64,000 nucleotides of DNA, taken from contig OZ024746.1 of assembly GCA_964016885.1 (NCBI GenBank), positions 93,062,001 through 93,126,000 on the forward strand, read 5' to 3'. Source of the DNA: Eledone cirrhosa. Taxonomy: Eukaryota. The notes below the pieces were generated by a model that ran no database searches, was not told the origin of the DNA, and worked only from the letters and a program-made list of their open reading frames with translations. Position numbers and translations under genes: made by a program. This document shows positions 12,790 through 25,439 of this stretch, piece after piece. Each line of letters starts with the position of its first letter. The stretch's first letter is position 1.

Positions 12790-12889
12790 CAGTCATGGGC
12801 AAACTGCAGTCCGTTTCGCTTTCTGAATGGCACGAATAATTTCAAAACAGCCTTGCGGCCTACTGATCAAAAATGGTTGCCCATACCTG
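12790..12889. mobile_element. 100-bp hAT-type MITE
   Basis: TIR CAGTCATGGGCAA / TTGCCCATACCTG; TSD atctagac / atctagtc. Confidence 0.75.
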
Positions 12890-13695
12890 ATCTAGTCCGT
12901 CATTTTAAAATTAGAACGTCCTTGATTTCTCTGTCCAAATATCATACCCTCCAGACTAATTTTAGAGACTCTCAGTCCAGTGTTTGATAAGACGTGACCC
13001 TGTTTGTAAGGGTTGTTTAAATTTGATCAAATGTTTGGCGTTACGTCATTTATCATTGACATAATTAATATACAACTGTTAGATAATGTTTACCAGTAAT
13101 AAATCTCACGACATGGTTTTTAAATACTTCAAATTGTATTGGTATGGACAGCTTTCTCTAAAAGGACACCTTTTAAAATCCAACCGATACTAAAGTTAAA
13201 GCTAAGATATATAAGATTTATATTATTCCTGTGTTTATGTATGGATTAGATTGTGTTATATGAGCAGCAAAATTTTTAAATATTTAATTTACTTTCATCC
13301 AGAAAGATCAAAGTGCATTATTTATTTCAATGGCAATCAAGGTCGTTATGTCCGCTATGTTGATGTCGAGGGTGATATAGTCATAACGTGTCCATCTTTC
13401 ACACATAATACAGTATTACATAATTTAGTGTGTCTATCTTCTATTAAAGCTGTACGGTGTGATTTTATGTAGATTTGTCAGCTATTTCAAATAGGCGGAG
13501 TGACCACATAGTGGCGAACTCTTTGGCTGGAGCACGCTTCATAACTTTTGAATGTCTTAGACGTCTTTCAATACATATAAATATATACTATGTGTAATGT
13601 ACATATCATTCATTATTACATACAATGTTGTGTAATATATATATTCATTTATATAGAAATAGAGTAATATGGTAATGTAAATATAATATAGTTAC

Positions 13696-13710
13696 CCTGG
13701 TGAATCTCAT
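13696..13710 (-). CDS. COX7A: Cytochrome c oxidase subunit 7A, exon 1 (MRFTR)
   Basis: caacaATG AGA TTC ACC AGG|gtaact: good Kozak-like context and a phase-0 donor matching exon 2. Gives an Arg-rich, acid-free mitochondrial presequence MRFTRSLFNSLKR. Confidence 0.8.
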
Positions 13711-13742
13711 TGTTGCTGGTGGAGGATTTAACGACGACCTGA

Positions 13743-13813
13743 AACTGACACACAGCTGAGCCGGATGTTTCACTAAATTACACGCATGCGTGTAATTTAG
13801 TGAAACATCCGGC
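13743..13813 (-). promoter_or_regulatory. Putative COX7A core promoter: Inr-like TCAGTT plus a 54-bp perfect palindrome
   Basis: TCAGTT on the minus strand at 13748-13743. Palindrome 13760-13813 has CCGGATGT (ETS-like) in each arm and ACGCATGCGT (NRF-1-like) at its centre. Confidence 0.6.
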
Positions 13814-14169
13814 ACACCTTCATACAGTCATATAGATATATTCACAAATACATACAGATCTAAACATATATTCACATATACATACAAATAGATAAATCAT
13901 ACATACACACGTATATACATATACACGCATATTACGTGCAAATAATCACGTTGAGTATAGAAATAGGTATATTTTTAATTTTAAATTAAAAATATTCTTT
14001 TATTACGGAAGAAACTTTTTTCTTCTTTAATCCGACAAAGTGTTATTTTTGAAAAAAAAAGAGAAAGCATTTTTAAAAAAAGGGTTTTATAAAATTATTT
14101 TATAAACCCTTTTTTTTTTTATTAAATGTTTTCTTTTTTTTTTAAAAATTAACACTTTGTCGATTGATC

Positions 14170-14720
14170 TCCAGGTCAGATCTCCATTAATGGTGACTGT
14201 GGGGTTCAGGTAGAAGGAGCTGACAAACTCCATGACGCCGAGGCCAATATAGAGTTTCGCAGATATCGCTGCCTCTACGTTGCCTTCGTCGACCTGAAGG
14301 CGGCTTTTGACAGAGTTGACCATGCATCCTTCTGGAAAATCCTCAAGCTCCCTCCCCCAAGATCACCATCCTGTTGCAACAGCTTTATACCAGTGCTGAG
14401 AGCTGCATGCACATGAAGGGAAATGACTCCAACTGGTTTTTCATCAACAGTGGAGTTATACAGGACTGTGTGGTCACCCATCAACTGTGTCATTGACTAT
14501 CTGATGTCCAAGTCCAAGGTCTGTGAGCCGCTCTCAGTTGTTACCTTTGAGAACTACTACCTTGCTGACCTAGAGTACGCAGACGATACTACCTTGTTCA
14601 TTAACTTGATCGGCCAACTCAGGGATGCGCTCACCATATACCAGGAGGAAGCAGCAAAGCTTGGCTTTGGGTAAGTTGGGCAAAGACGAAGCTGATGCAT
14701 GTCAGGGTGGCCTGGATCCT
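14170..14720 (+). mobile_element. Non-LTR RT fragment (RTE-like), frameshifted
   Basis: Motifs YVAFVDLKAAFDRVDH and LADLEYADDTTLF. Confidence 0.85.
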
Positions 14721-14799
14721 CCCCAACTCTATATTGGCCCCAAAGTGTTTAAATATAGTTGAAACTTGTATGAACCATAGCATTTTCTACAATTTAATG

Positions 14800-15310
14800 T
14801 TGTCTTAAGATTTTCTTTCTTTTTGATTCTATATGACTGTATGACGCCTCTGTTGGAAATGCAATGCTGCATGGTAGTGAAATATGGACTGTGACTGTGG
14901 GGGACATGCATAGACTGGAGAGAAATGAAGCAACCATGCTCCGTTGGATGCACAATGTAAGTGTGAGAGAGAGGCAGAGCTTGGGCAAGTTGAGAGAGAA
15001 GCTGGTTTAAGAGGAATTCAGGGTGGTATGCAGGAGAGAAGAATGTGTTGGTTTGGACATATGATGTGCATAGACAATAATCATCAGGAGAAGAAGTGCC
15101 AGGAAATGTCAGTGAAAGGAAGTTGTGGTAGAAGTAGACCAAGAAAGGCCTGGTCAGAGGTTGTGAGAGCTGACTTCAAGTCCCTGAGACTCACAGAGGA
15201 GATGACAAAGGATTGTGACATGTGGATAGATGCCATGCTGAGAAGGACCCACCTAACCCATGCAATCATGGAAAAGTGAACGTAAAAACGTTGATAAGGA
15301 AAATGATGAT
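14800..15310 (+). mobile_element. RTE-clade LINE 3' fragment (second family)
   Basis: MLHGSE.W...RMCWFGH...GRSRPRKAWSEVVRAD with tail aacccatgcaatcatggaaaag...gatgat. Relatives at 44750-45060, 62280-62690 and 63440-63550. Confidence 0.85.
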
Positions 15311-16259
15311 TTTCATGTGAAATATTTATGTAATTAAGTAATAGCGATATATGTGTGTATGTGTTGATTTTTGATAGATATGTCATTTGTGTTTGTAATT
15401 TCAAGCTATCGATATAACAGTCAATCGACAAGATCCCAGACCTCATTCGCTTAACAAGTGGAGTGGAGCTCTTCAAATTGGATCAAGGTACCAATGTTTC
15501 CATTGGTCTTTCCAATTGCTAATACTATCTACTGGTTGCAAATCTAGGCAGAAGTAACTATGTTAAATAAAGTGTCTTGCTTAAGGACATAACGCATCAC
15601 CTGGTCCAGGAATCAAACTCATAACCTCATGATGCGAATCCAATTCTCTAGTCACTCAGCCACGCACCTTCTATAATTCAGAATATTTGTATTTTATTAG
15701 GGTTTCTTAATTAAAACTGAAAATTATTGATCCCTCCTGTGACTGCTTTATCAAGCAATGAGGAAAAACAGTTGAATTTCTTCAGGGAATTCAATTTCTC
15801 TTAATATAAAATATGAAATTAGAAGACCAATACATCTGATAGGTTAAACAGATGGCTTTACCTGGCACCATTCCAAAAAGGAATCTTCAAAAAATGTTTT
15901 AAGTTGGTTTTGAACAGAATTATTGAATTTATGTATTTGTGGGTGCATGTTTAAAGAAAAAAATCACAAGACAGATTTTAGGGGCAAAACCAACCAGCTG
16001 GATACCCAGAGATAGACCATGAGCAAAATAGTTGAATAACACTCATAACTTTGGTTGCTCTCGCTTGAATATGCAGCTGGATCATTTAGAGACAGTTGCT
16101 TCTGATAGACCCCTCTGGAAGGTGTGGCTGAGGACTCAGCATCACAACAAACCTCTCAACAACTGGGTGCATCAAATGGCTAGTGAGAAAAATGTTGAAC
16201 AGGAATGCCAAATATGTTCTCAAACAACAATTTGTGATTAGCTGATGTTTCTTAGAGAT

Positions 16260-16765
16260 CATCATCATCATTGTTGTTTTAACATCTGCTTTCCTTGTTA
16301 GAAAGAGTTAGACGGGTCTATATAGATCAAGTCCATACTGAAGCAGTGTCACTGATTCCCAAGCAAGCCAGGGATCTGTGTCTTGCTTTGTATAGTCTCA
16401 TATTCCATCGAGTGCTCAGGAGAGGTTGTCATGCCTTTGACATAACTGGGGGTCCTTGCAACCCTTTTATTTGGCAAAGTTTCTATGGTTGAATGCTCTT
16501 CCTATCACCAACCACTTTAGAGTGTGTATTAGGTTCGTTTATCATGTAAATCACCAACTCTAGGGAGGTTTTCATGCCCTTGACATGATTGGAGGGTCCT
16601 CATGACCCTTTGTTTGGCAAGTTTTCTATGGCTGGGTGCCCTTCCTATCACCAACCACTTTACAGCATGTTCTGGGTGTATTTATCATGCAAATAACCAA
16701 CACTAGGGAGGTTGTCTAGCCCTTGACATGACTTGTGGGTCCCCCTGACCCTTTGTCTGGCAGAT
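16260..16765 (-). mobile_element. RTE-tailed SINE-like repeat with internal tandem units of about 125 bp
   Basis: Repeated ggctggatgcccttcctatcaccaaccactttac core (reverse complement of aggaagggcatccagcc). Relatives at 9810-10140, 42340-42570, 54360-54690 and 62690-62885. Confidence 0.7.
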
Positions 16766-16917
16766 TTATGTTAATTTGTTTTCTAAAACATTCTCAACAA
16801 ATTGTTGGTAATGACTGTGTTGTTAGCATTAATGAATGCCTGTTTGCTAGACAGAAGAGTAACCAAGATCGAACAGTTGGTCATTTATAAGTTTTTGGAG
16901 ACTATTAGATACTCTAT

Positions 16918-17132
16918 TTAACCCTTTAGCATTTACATTACACTATATTTACTGTTGTATTTTCATGGTAAACACTTTATCTCACATGTTATTGAATCTT
17001 TGAGATTTTGATATTATTTATTTTGAGAACAATACCTTAACATAAGTATGAGCACCTGGTTACGGCTGTTTGAACAGAAAAAGGTGAGATAATTCTTGCC
17101 GGATACAGCTGGTTTAAATGCTAAAGGGTTAA
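16918..17132 (+). mobile_element. piggyBac-type MITE A
   Basis: TTAA-flanked, full TIRs. Confidence 0.85.
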
Positions 17133-17359
17133 ACATTTGTTTTAAAAAACAGCAGAATTTTATAATTTGGAATAAATTTATTCGGATTATATTGTCTTAT
17201 TTATATCAATTTATTGTATACAATAAAAGTACCAAATTTTTGACTGGCACAAATGAGACCACCCAAACATTGCAATATGGCCCGAAACAGTAAAGACATC
17301 CATACTGCATCCTTCTTGGCATGGGATAACTAGGGACACATTCAGGCCTTTGGGAGAGG

Positions 17360-17890
17360 AGCCTGTTTGAAAAATATATTGCAAGAACTGGCGATGGGCC
17401 TGTGACATGTCCTTGGAGGTGTGGGATAGAAGCACAAAGGAAACATATCCCGAGACCTCAGAGAGAGTTCAGAAGAGAGTAAACCACAACAATTTATAAC
17501 TGGAATGTTACAACCCTTACAGGCAAGGAGCAAGAACTATTAGAGGAAGGCAGACACCACCGGCTAGATGTAGTCAGGGTTTCTTCAACAAAGTACCATG
17601 GCTCTGGTACTGTAGATTTTGATGGAGGATGGAAACTTCATTTTTCAGATGTAGTCCCCCAGAAAAGACAGGACAGACAGGAGCGAAGATACTCACAAGC
17701 CCCCGGCTGTCAGAATATGTAATGACTGGATCCCATTGGGAGGAAGGATTTGCTTCTTGAAGCTTAGGATGAAAGAAAGGTCTCTGTGGGTGGTGCAAGT
17801 TTATATGCAAAACAGAAAGTCTGGATACAGATGTTTCCTTGTTGAAGTCACTGTAGCATTAGATGTAGTTAAGGCTGAGGCATATATCCT
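17360..17890 (+). mobile_element. RTE LINE AP-endonuclease fragment
   Basis: GKEQELLEE...LDVVRVSSTK..GSGTVDFDGGWKLHFS, decayed. Confidence 0.75.
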
Positions 17891-18092
17891 AATGAAGTCA
17901 CTGTAGCATTAGATGTAGTTAAGGCTGAGGCATATATCCTAATGAAGTCACTGTAGCATTAGATGTAGTTAAGGCTGAGGCATATATCCTAATGAAGTCA
18001 CTGTAGCATTAGATGTAATTAAGGCTGAGGCATATATCCTAATGGAGTCACTGTAGCATTAGATGTAGTTAAGGCTGAGGCATATATCCTAA
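17843..18092. repeat. 50-bp minisatellite, 5 copies
   Basis: Unit tgaagtcactgtagcattagatgtagttaaggctgaggcatatatcctaa at 17843, 17893, 17943, 17993 and 18043. Confidence 0.95.
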
Positions 18093-18877
18093 ATGCACTG
18101 GGTGATTGCTGGCCTTGTGCCTAAAGTAGAAACAATTATTATATATACCATATCACATAATATCCAGAGTGGCTATAATATCATAGTTATCTTCCTTTAC
18201 AATTAATTTTTTTTTTTTTTTTTCAACAAGGGAAACAACTTTTGTCATACTGTGTGTGTGGAGAGATAGATTCATGTCAGCAACCTATACCGTGTTACTC
18301 TAATGGTAAAAGCCTGGAAGGATTAAATAGTTTTAAATATAAATTTTCAATTTAATAAAAAATATTTAAGATATTACTTTAAAAATCACAATATGGATCA
18401 AAATTATTAAAATTTATTTTACTTGTGCGATTGTTTTTGTGTGAAGTCCAAGTATCGGTCGCTCTTTGATAGGTTTGTGGTAGAGTCTGTAGCAGTGTGT
18501 GTGTGTGTGTGTGTGTATGTGTGCGTGGGTGCACGCGCGCACACACACACATATGAAATTTCAGCTTACACCTATACAAGTTTAACTGGCTTTGAAATAA
18601 ATTACATCTCGGAGGTTTCATGAGTGTTTTAATGACAGGGGCCTCAGCCCAATTATAAAAAAGAGCAGTGTAAAATATAGTGTTTTGCTCCAGAATACGA
18701 TGGATCGCCCAGTCCAGGAATTTTGAGAAAAATCTTTACCTGCTTCAAGCCCCAAAGGGGTCTTGTACTGTCTTGCAAAATTTCTCTTGGAGGCCCTGTC
18801 TGCAAGTCACCTACTTCTTTCGTCCTCTCAACCAGGTAATGGTTGTTATAGTAGTAGTGACAGATATATCTTCTCAC

Positions 18878-19096
18878 AACCCTTTAACATTTACATTACT
18901 CTATATATACTATTGTATTATATACTATTGTGTGAAGTCTTGACTTCACATAATATCGAATCTATGAGATTTTGATATTATTTATTTTGAAAACAATACC
19001 ATTACATCAGTATGAGCACCGGTTACAACCAGTTTGAAAAGAAAGAGGTGAGAGAATTCTGGCCAGATACAGTCGGTTTAAATGCTAAAGGGTTAA
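18878..19096 (+). mobile_element. piggyBac-type MITE A
   Basis: Family body; right end aagggTTAA. Confidence 0.8.
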
Positions 19097-19601
19097 GGTA
19101 ATATAGAGAGGAGGAGATAACTGAAAAAGAAGTTGGAATATTCTAACTAAAAATATAAATTAAATTGAGGATCAAATTAAATTAAAGGGATATACTTCAG
19201 GATATACTTAAAATAGATAATGTTATAGCTTAACAAGAATATAAAGTAGTCATTATAAATTTTTAACTGGGCTATAAGGCATCTATGGAAAAGCATGGGA
19301 GACCTCTTCCATCACTTGGTTTATGCACTACTGTAGCCCAATGGAGTCAATTCCTGTGTCCAAGGCCGAGGCCAAGGAGATTCGTGCACTCAATGAGCAA
19401 AGTGTCAGAGTGGACTCTTTTGATATAAAGGGAATGTCCAGGGTGAGGCTTGGATTGTTGAAATGTTCCCCACAGTTTGCTGCAGACAGCAGCGAAACCA
19501 ATCGAGATCACCAGGCCACAGTGTCTAGTAAGAAGCTATTACTGAGTGATGTAAATTATTAAATAGGCTGACTGTTAATAGTATAGACTGACCCAAGGTA
19601 A

Positions 19602-19842
19602 CTTAACCCTTTCATGACCACATTTCTAATGAACTATACTCTATTTTAATTAATTAATGAAGAATTTTGAAGGATTTACTAAAATTATTAATTATTTCAT
19701 TACTAAGATAGTAACTTAATGTAAGGTTCTTATATAAAATTATGTTGGAAGATTTTAATTTAAATTGGAAACCTTTAAAATTGGTGACTTTATTTCATAG
19801 AATCAGAGCTGGGTTGGGCTGGGTTGGTAACTAAAGGGTTAA
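19602..19842 (+). mobile_element. piggyBac-type MITE family B
   Basis: TTAACCCTTT ... AAAGGGTTAA with a body different from family A; partial relatives at 2318-2430, 11025-11300, 41228-41430 and 52054-52190. Confidence 0.75.
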
Positions 19843-20515
19843 AGTAAAAATACTGTTTTTCTATCTTGTTTATGTTTTGCTAAATAAAGGTTTATGATCA
19901 GGGAAAGACTTTATGTTCACCCTGTATATTCATATATATATATTGGCATTGGGAAGTGCATCCAGCCAGAAACACCCCTATATGAGTGAGACACAGTCAC
20001 CCGACACAACTTGCCTCAAAATAGGACCCATCTAACCCATGCTGACGTGGAAGATGGACGTTAATCGATGATGATGATGATGATGATGATGATATAGTAA
20101 ATGCCCACCTAACAAACATCCTACTTATGAACTTCCACAGATACGAACAGTCTCACGAAGAAAAAATATTTTGTTTGCGTTTGAAATTCACGGGTCAATG
20201 TTTGCGTGTTTGCCACGTGTCTTCTGCTATACAACTGAATCACTCTCATTCAGTTTCACATGTTTACCTACCCCCAGCAGACAGTGGTTGTGTTGCTATC
20301 ATCTTGGTTTTATTTTATTGTGTGATTCTCTTAACAATTTACCTTTTCACAATGGCAGTGGGTGGGCAGAAAAAGCATTGGTAATGATGCTGATGTAAGT
20401 AAGAAAAGGAAACCTGCAGTATCAATGTAACATATATGGGCTTACTGGACAATCAACTTACAAACAAATCAACTAATGAAGGGCCCCTTGTAACATAATT
20501 CATTCATAAGTTGGG

Positions 20516-21156
20516 TCTTAGTCTTAGATTCTTCCATGTCGTTCGGCGCATCGAGCAGTAGGTACTCGCCAACGGTCACGATCAGCGGTAACTGTTTCGA
20601 GACCGTGCCAGGTGATGTTGGCTGCCATCAGGTCCTTCCGGAACGTTCGTCGCCAGGTGATCCTTGGGCAACCCCGCCTCTGTTTACTGCCAGGCGGAGT
20701 CCAGTTCATCACTGTTTTTGAATGCCGTTCATTTGGCAGACGCAGAATATGGCCAGCCAGCCGGCACCGACACTCCGTGACCACTCTCTGTAGCATCCAC
20801 GACTCGGCTCTCCGCAGGATCTCCTCGTTTCGCACTCGGTCACACCAGGACACACGAAGGATCTTTCGCAGGCACCGCTGGTGGAAAGCGTTCAGCCGTC
20901 TCTCTATTTTTGCCATACTCTTCCAGGTCTCGCTCGCATAAAGCACTGTCGGCAGCACGATGTTCTTGTGCAGGCGGAGCTTGGTCTTGGTGCTAATGCA
21001 TGAAGACGACCAGACTGGACACAGCCACTGGAAAACTGCGGCTTCTTTGCCGATCCGACAGTTGATGTCGAGCTCCGCGTTGCCGCTGCTTGTCAGGATG
21101 CTGCCCAGATAGGTGAAGTGATCGACTTCCTCAAGATCCTGTTGGTTGACTCTGAG
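20516..21156 (-). mobile_element. Young 5'-truncated RTE-type LINE with TSD
   Basis: Open frame LEEVDHFTYLGS...VLPTVLYASETW...LAGHILR...DRDRW, a (TAAGAC)n-type tail and a 9-bp TSD taagttggg (20507-20515, 21157-21165). Confidence 0.9.
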
Positions 21157-21289
21157 TAAGTTGGGGACTTACTGTATATATGATGGGTGCCTTAGTTTAA
21201 TGGTAGCATGTCAGCTTGGCAAGCATGAAGGTTCAAGCCCTGCTGGTGCTAATGTTCACATATATTCAGGGTAAGACTTAAATTAAATG

Positions 21290-22578
21290 AGATGCAATTT
21301 GGTTTTGTGCCAGGGAGGAGCAGCACAGATGCCCTCTTCTTAGTGAGAGAACTACGAGAAAAGCTCCTAGCTAAGTGTAAACCATTGATCTGGAAAAAGG
21401 CTCTTGACAGGGTATCATGATCTATCAATTGGTGGTCCTTAAGAAAACTAATGTGTAGAGGAATGTCTTATGAGAGCTGAGCTGTGTAAGCCATGTACTT
21501 GTACAAAGCAGTTATCCGGAAAGTGAGAGCAGGAAATGAGTTTAGTGAGGCATTCAATGTGTAGGTAGGGTTTCATCAAGACTTGTCCTCAGCCTACTTC
21601 TGTTCTCCAGGCCATAACAGAGAAGTTTAAGGCTGGCTGTCCATGGGAACTTCTGTATGCCAATGACCTGGTTCTTGTAGCTGATCTGTAAAAGAGCTTG
21701 AGAAGAAATTCTGGTTATGGAAACAGAACTTAGAATCAAGTGGGCTCAGAGTAAATTTTGCAAAGACCTAAGTTTCAGTAAGTAGGAAAGAAGACCAGAC
21801 ATTGGTCCCAACAAGGAAATGGCCTTGCTTTATATGTATAAACTCTATACAGTGTACACAATAATGTAGCCCAGTAGCTGACAGACTAAAAGAAAAAGTA
21901 GATTTGCATGTAGCAGATGTACAAGGATAATTGATTGTAAAATCATCAACAAGATAAACTTTTACCAATCCTAGGAAGGTTTCAAAGAAGTGGTTGATAG
22001 TTTCTACTACTTAGGTAACCTAATAAGCAATGATGGAGGCTGCTCTGTTAACAGCTAGAATTAGAACAGAGTGGGGAAATTTCAAGAAATGACTACCTCT
22101 ATTGACAACAAAAGGTTCCTCTCTACAAAAAGAATGGCTGTATGATGCCTGCATATGATATGCAATATTACTTGGTAGTGTGATAAGAGCTGTGTCTGGA
22201 GAGTTATGAAGTGAGCATTCTCTGAAGGATATGCAATGTTAATGTGTGTGAATGACGAAACATGGATGAGAAAAGTACTGTGTATAAGAGGAATCAGATG
22301 TAGTGTATAAGAGAGAAGACTGTGTTGGTATGGACATGTGATGTGTATGGATGATGATTGTTCAGTAAAGAAGTGCCAAGAAATCTCAGTGAAAGGTAAT
22401 GGCTGTAGAGGAAGACCAAGGAAAACCTAATCAGAGTTAGTGTGAGTTGATCTGAAATTACTGAGGCTCACATTAGAAATGAGGAAGGAATGCAAAGAAT
22501 AGAGGGACACTGTGGTGGAGAAGACCTTTCCAACCCATGCAAGCATGGAAAAACAAACAAAATGGTGATGATGATGAG
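21290..22578 (+). mobile_element. Decayed RTE LINE (RT to 3' end)
   Basis: QFGFVPGRSSTDA, DLEK, PWELLYANDLVL and F.YLG remnants; (ATG)n tail followed by (GT)n. Confidence 0.85.
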
Positions 22579-22579
22579 A

Positions 22580-22716
<137 letters not shown>

Positions 22717-23164
22717 ATCTATATTTACATTTAACTTGATAAAAAAAAGATTGATAAAATAAGTACCAGACATGAAAAAATATGTACTGAGTTTGATATG
22801 AACCTCTAAAACCCCTTCAAGGGAGTGCCACAGTCTAATAACTGAAACCAGTAAAGGTAAGTTGGAGGTTGTTCATCATTAGTCACTGGGTCAATAGGAA
22901 GTTCTATATTACTGCTGGCTCACTAGTTCCCTTTCACACACATAGACAACTCCTATATATATATATTTACACATAGCCACAACTACACAGATATACACAC
23001 ACACATAGACCACCTCCCCCATATATATACACTCATATACACACCGAGACACATATGGACACACTAATATACACATACATATGTACATAATAATATATAC
23101 ACACACACATATATACACATGTATGTACACAATATATACACAGATACATTTGAGCTACTCAAAT

Positions 23165-23655
23165 ACTTTTGTGGAGCTGTCATCAATGAGTTTGTCCTGC
23201 GTCCACTATCATGCTGCCAGAGCGCAGGCTGGTTCCCCTGATATACCACTCTCAATGACATAATGTGAAGGAGCGTAGACACAACTGGCTTACTATCACA
23301 ACTGGAGCCAGCAGGCCTTGACTGGGGAGATAACAAGCACCCCAACGGAATTAACCTCTTCTGATTCGAAGGAGGTAAATCCCTCATCAGAGATGCAGCA
23401 TGCTGTGACATATTCTCCGCCTCCAACTTAGTCACTTTGGCCACAAACCTTGGCACCACAGCTTGCAATGCAGAGGACAGGAAAACAAGCAAATACTGGG
23501 GCTTATCCGTCCACTTTCTCTTTGCACCGGTCACTGTCGATACCTCAGGCGTCTTTGGACGCTGTACTGCTAACCGCCTCCATAAAATCGGAATGACAGC
23601 AGCCTGTCTGAAGAAGGAGCCCCATGAGGTGGGGTGGCTGTTGCAGCAGGTGAAC
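23165..23655 (+). mobile_element. CRE-clade (RLE-type) non-LTR C-terminal fragment
   Basis: CCHC-like region, then QLEPAGL, .P(N/D)G, GKSLI.DA.CCD, AEDRKTSKY and PVTVDTSGVFG, the PD-(D/E)xK endonuclease pattern. Confidence 0.8.
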
Positions 23656-23787
23656 TCAAGTAAACACAATTCATAAACCTACACTCAACTCATTCACTAG
23701 ACATACAAATATCTTGAAGAAAAAAGTTAAAGTCTGTCACAAGCCTGAAGGCTCACCAGGCTGGTGCTTATACCGGTTTCCTCAGCA

Positions 23788-24016
23788 TTAATCCTTTAGC
23801 ATTTAAATTGGCCATATCCGGCCAGAATTCTCTCACCTTTTTCTGTTCAAACCAGCCATAACTGGCCACTCATACCTACTTTAAGATATTGTTCTCAAAA
23901 TAAATAATATGAAAATGTCATAGATTTGATATTATGTGAGATAATTATGTGAGGTAAAGCCATTACTGTGAAAATATAATAGTAAATATAGAGTAATGTA
24001 AATGCTAAAGGGTTAA
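23788..24016 (-). mobile_element. piggyBac-type MITE A
   Basis: TTAA-flanked, reverse orientation. Confidence 0.85.
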
Positions 24017-25439
24017 GCAACTAAGAAGTGAAAGTATGTGGATTCTATTCTTGGACCAGGTGATGCATTGTGTTATTGAGCAAAATAATTCATTCATCAT
24101 TGCTTCAGTACAGTTGGCTGATAATGAATACCAGCAGTTGCTGGAAGTTAACTCTGCAATGGACTAATGTCCTGTTCAGGAGTAAGTCTTGTACTCTTAG
24201 TTATTTAAATACTGTGTGCTCAGTCTTTATTTGTTGAACAGCTAAGTTACGACCATAACACAAACAATGGGACATAGGAACTTTGGATAAATCTGGCACA
24301 AATTCGAAAAGGTATGTAAACTTTATTCATAGTTGTATAAATAACATTACAAATTGTTCACAATTCCTTCAGAATGGAAACACAAACAAATATAAACACA
24401 TATAATAAATACAATTAACTATTGGGTAGAACCTTACAAATACAACGCACCAAAATATACGATCAAAGCGAGAAAAAGAAAAAAAAACAACTATTAATTT
24501 CCCACCAAGTGCGATAATCAGTACAAGGGTCAACAGCAGTACTGTGTTTAAGGCTAGCTGTCCATGGGAACTTCTGTATGCCAATGACCTGGTTCTTGTA
24601 GCTGATGTGTGGAAGAGCTTGAGAAAAAATTCTGGTTATGGAAACAGTAAATTCTGGTTATGGAAAGAGTAAATTTTGCAAAGACCAAAGTTTCAGTAAG
24701 TAGGAAAGAAGACAAGACGTTGGTCCCAACAAGGAAATGGCCTGGAACAATCTGGCACCCTCACCTGACCCAGTAAGGCGAGCAGCCAACGATTACAATG
24801 TTCAAGTAGGAATTGTGAACAGTAGTACCTATTTGTGTCTATTTCTCTCTGAACATTTATTACTTCAATTCATTGATGCCAGTGTTTAATGCTTCAGAAT
24901 GATCATACAAAATACATGTGGTTGAACTCACAAAGTTGGTTTTAAAACCATTGATAATTTAGCCCTAGGACCACCTCCCTACTCACTACCTGTGTGTAGC
25001 CAACTCCATAGTTGGCTACACACAGGTGTAAGCCTCGCGAGCTGAAATGGTTCTTCCAATACATCTCCCTCATCGTCTTCTGGGGAAATGCCTTTTCTAT
25101 ACTGTCTGCCAGGGCCACGGGGCAGCCAGCGCACAGGTCTCAATTTGCTTATAATAGTGAGAGATGGGGAGAGCAAGAATGTTGGAGGCAGTGACTATTA
25201 GGCCCAAAATAACACTTAGTGAAGTTTAGGTTAGGACATCATTGAAAAGAAATTAGTAAATATAACAATAACTTCTGTTTGTAAAATATAGTTAACATAA
25301 TATGTTTATGTCTAACAGATAACTACCAAAGCGTATCACGTTAATAAGAGAGAGTAAGGACGGTTAAAAGCAAAAGAAAAAGGGTACAGTTAGCTTTCTT
25401 TGAAACTATTATACTTTCAAATGGCCACAGAAACAAAAA

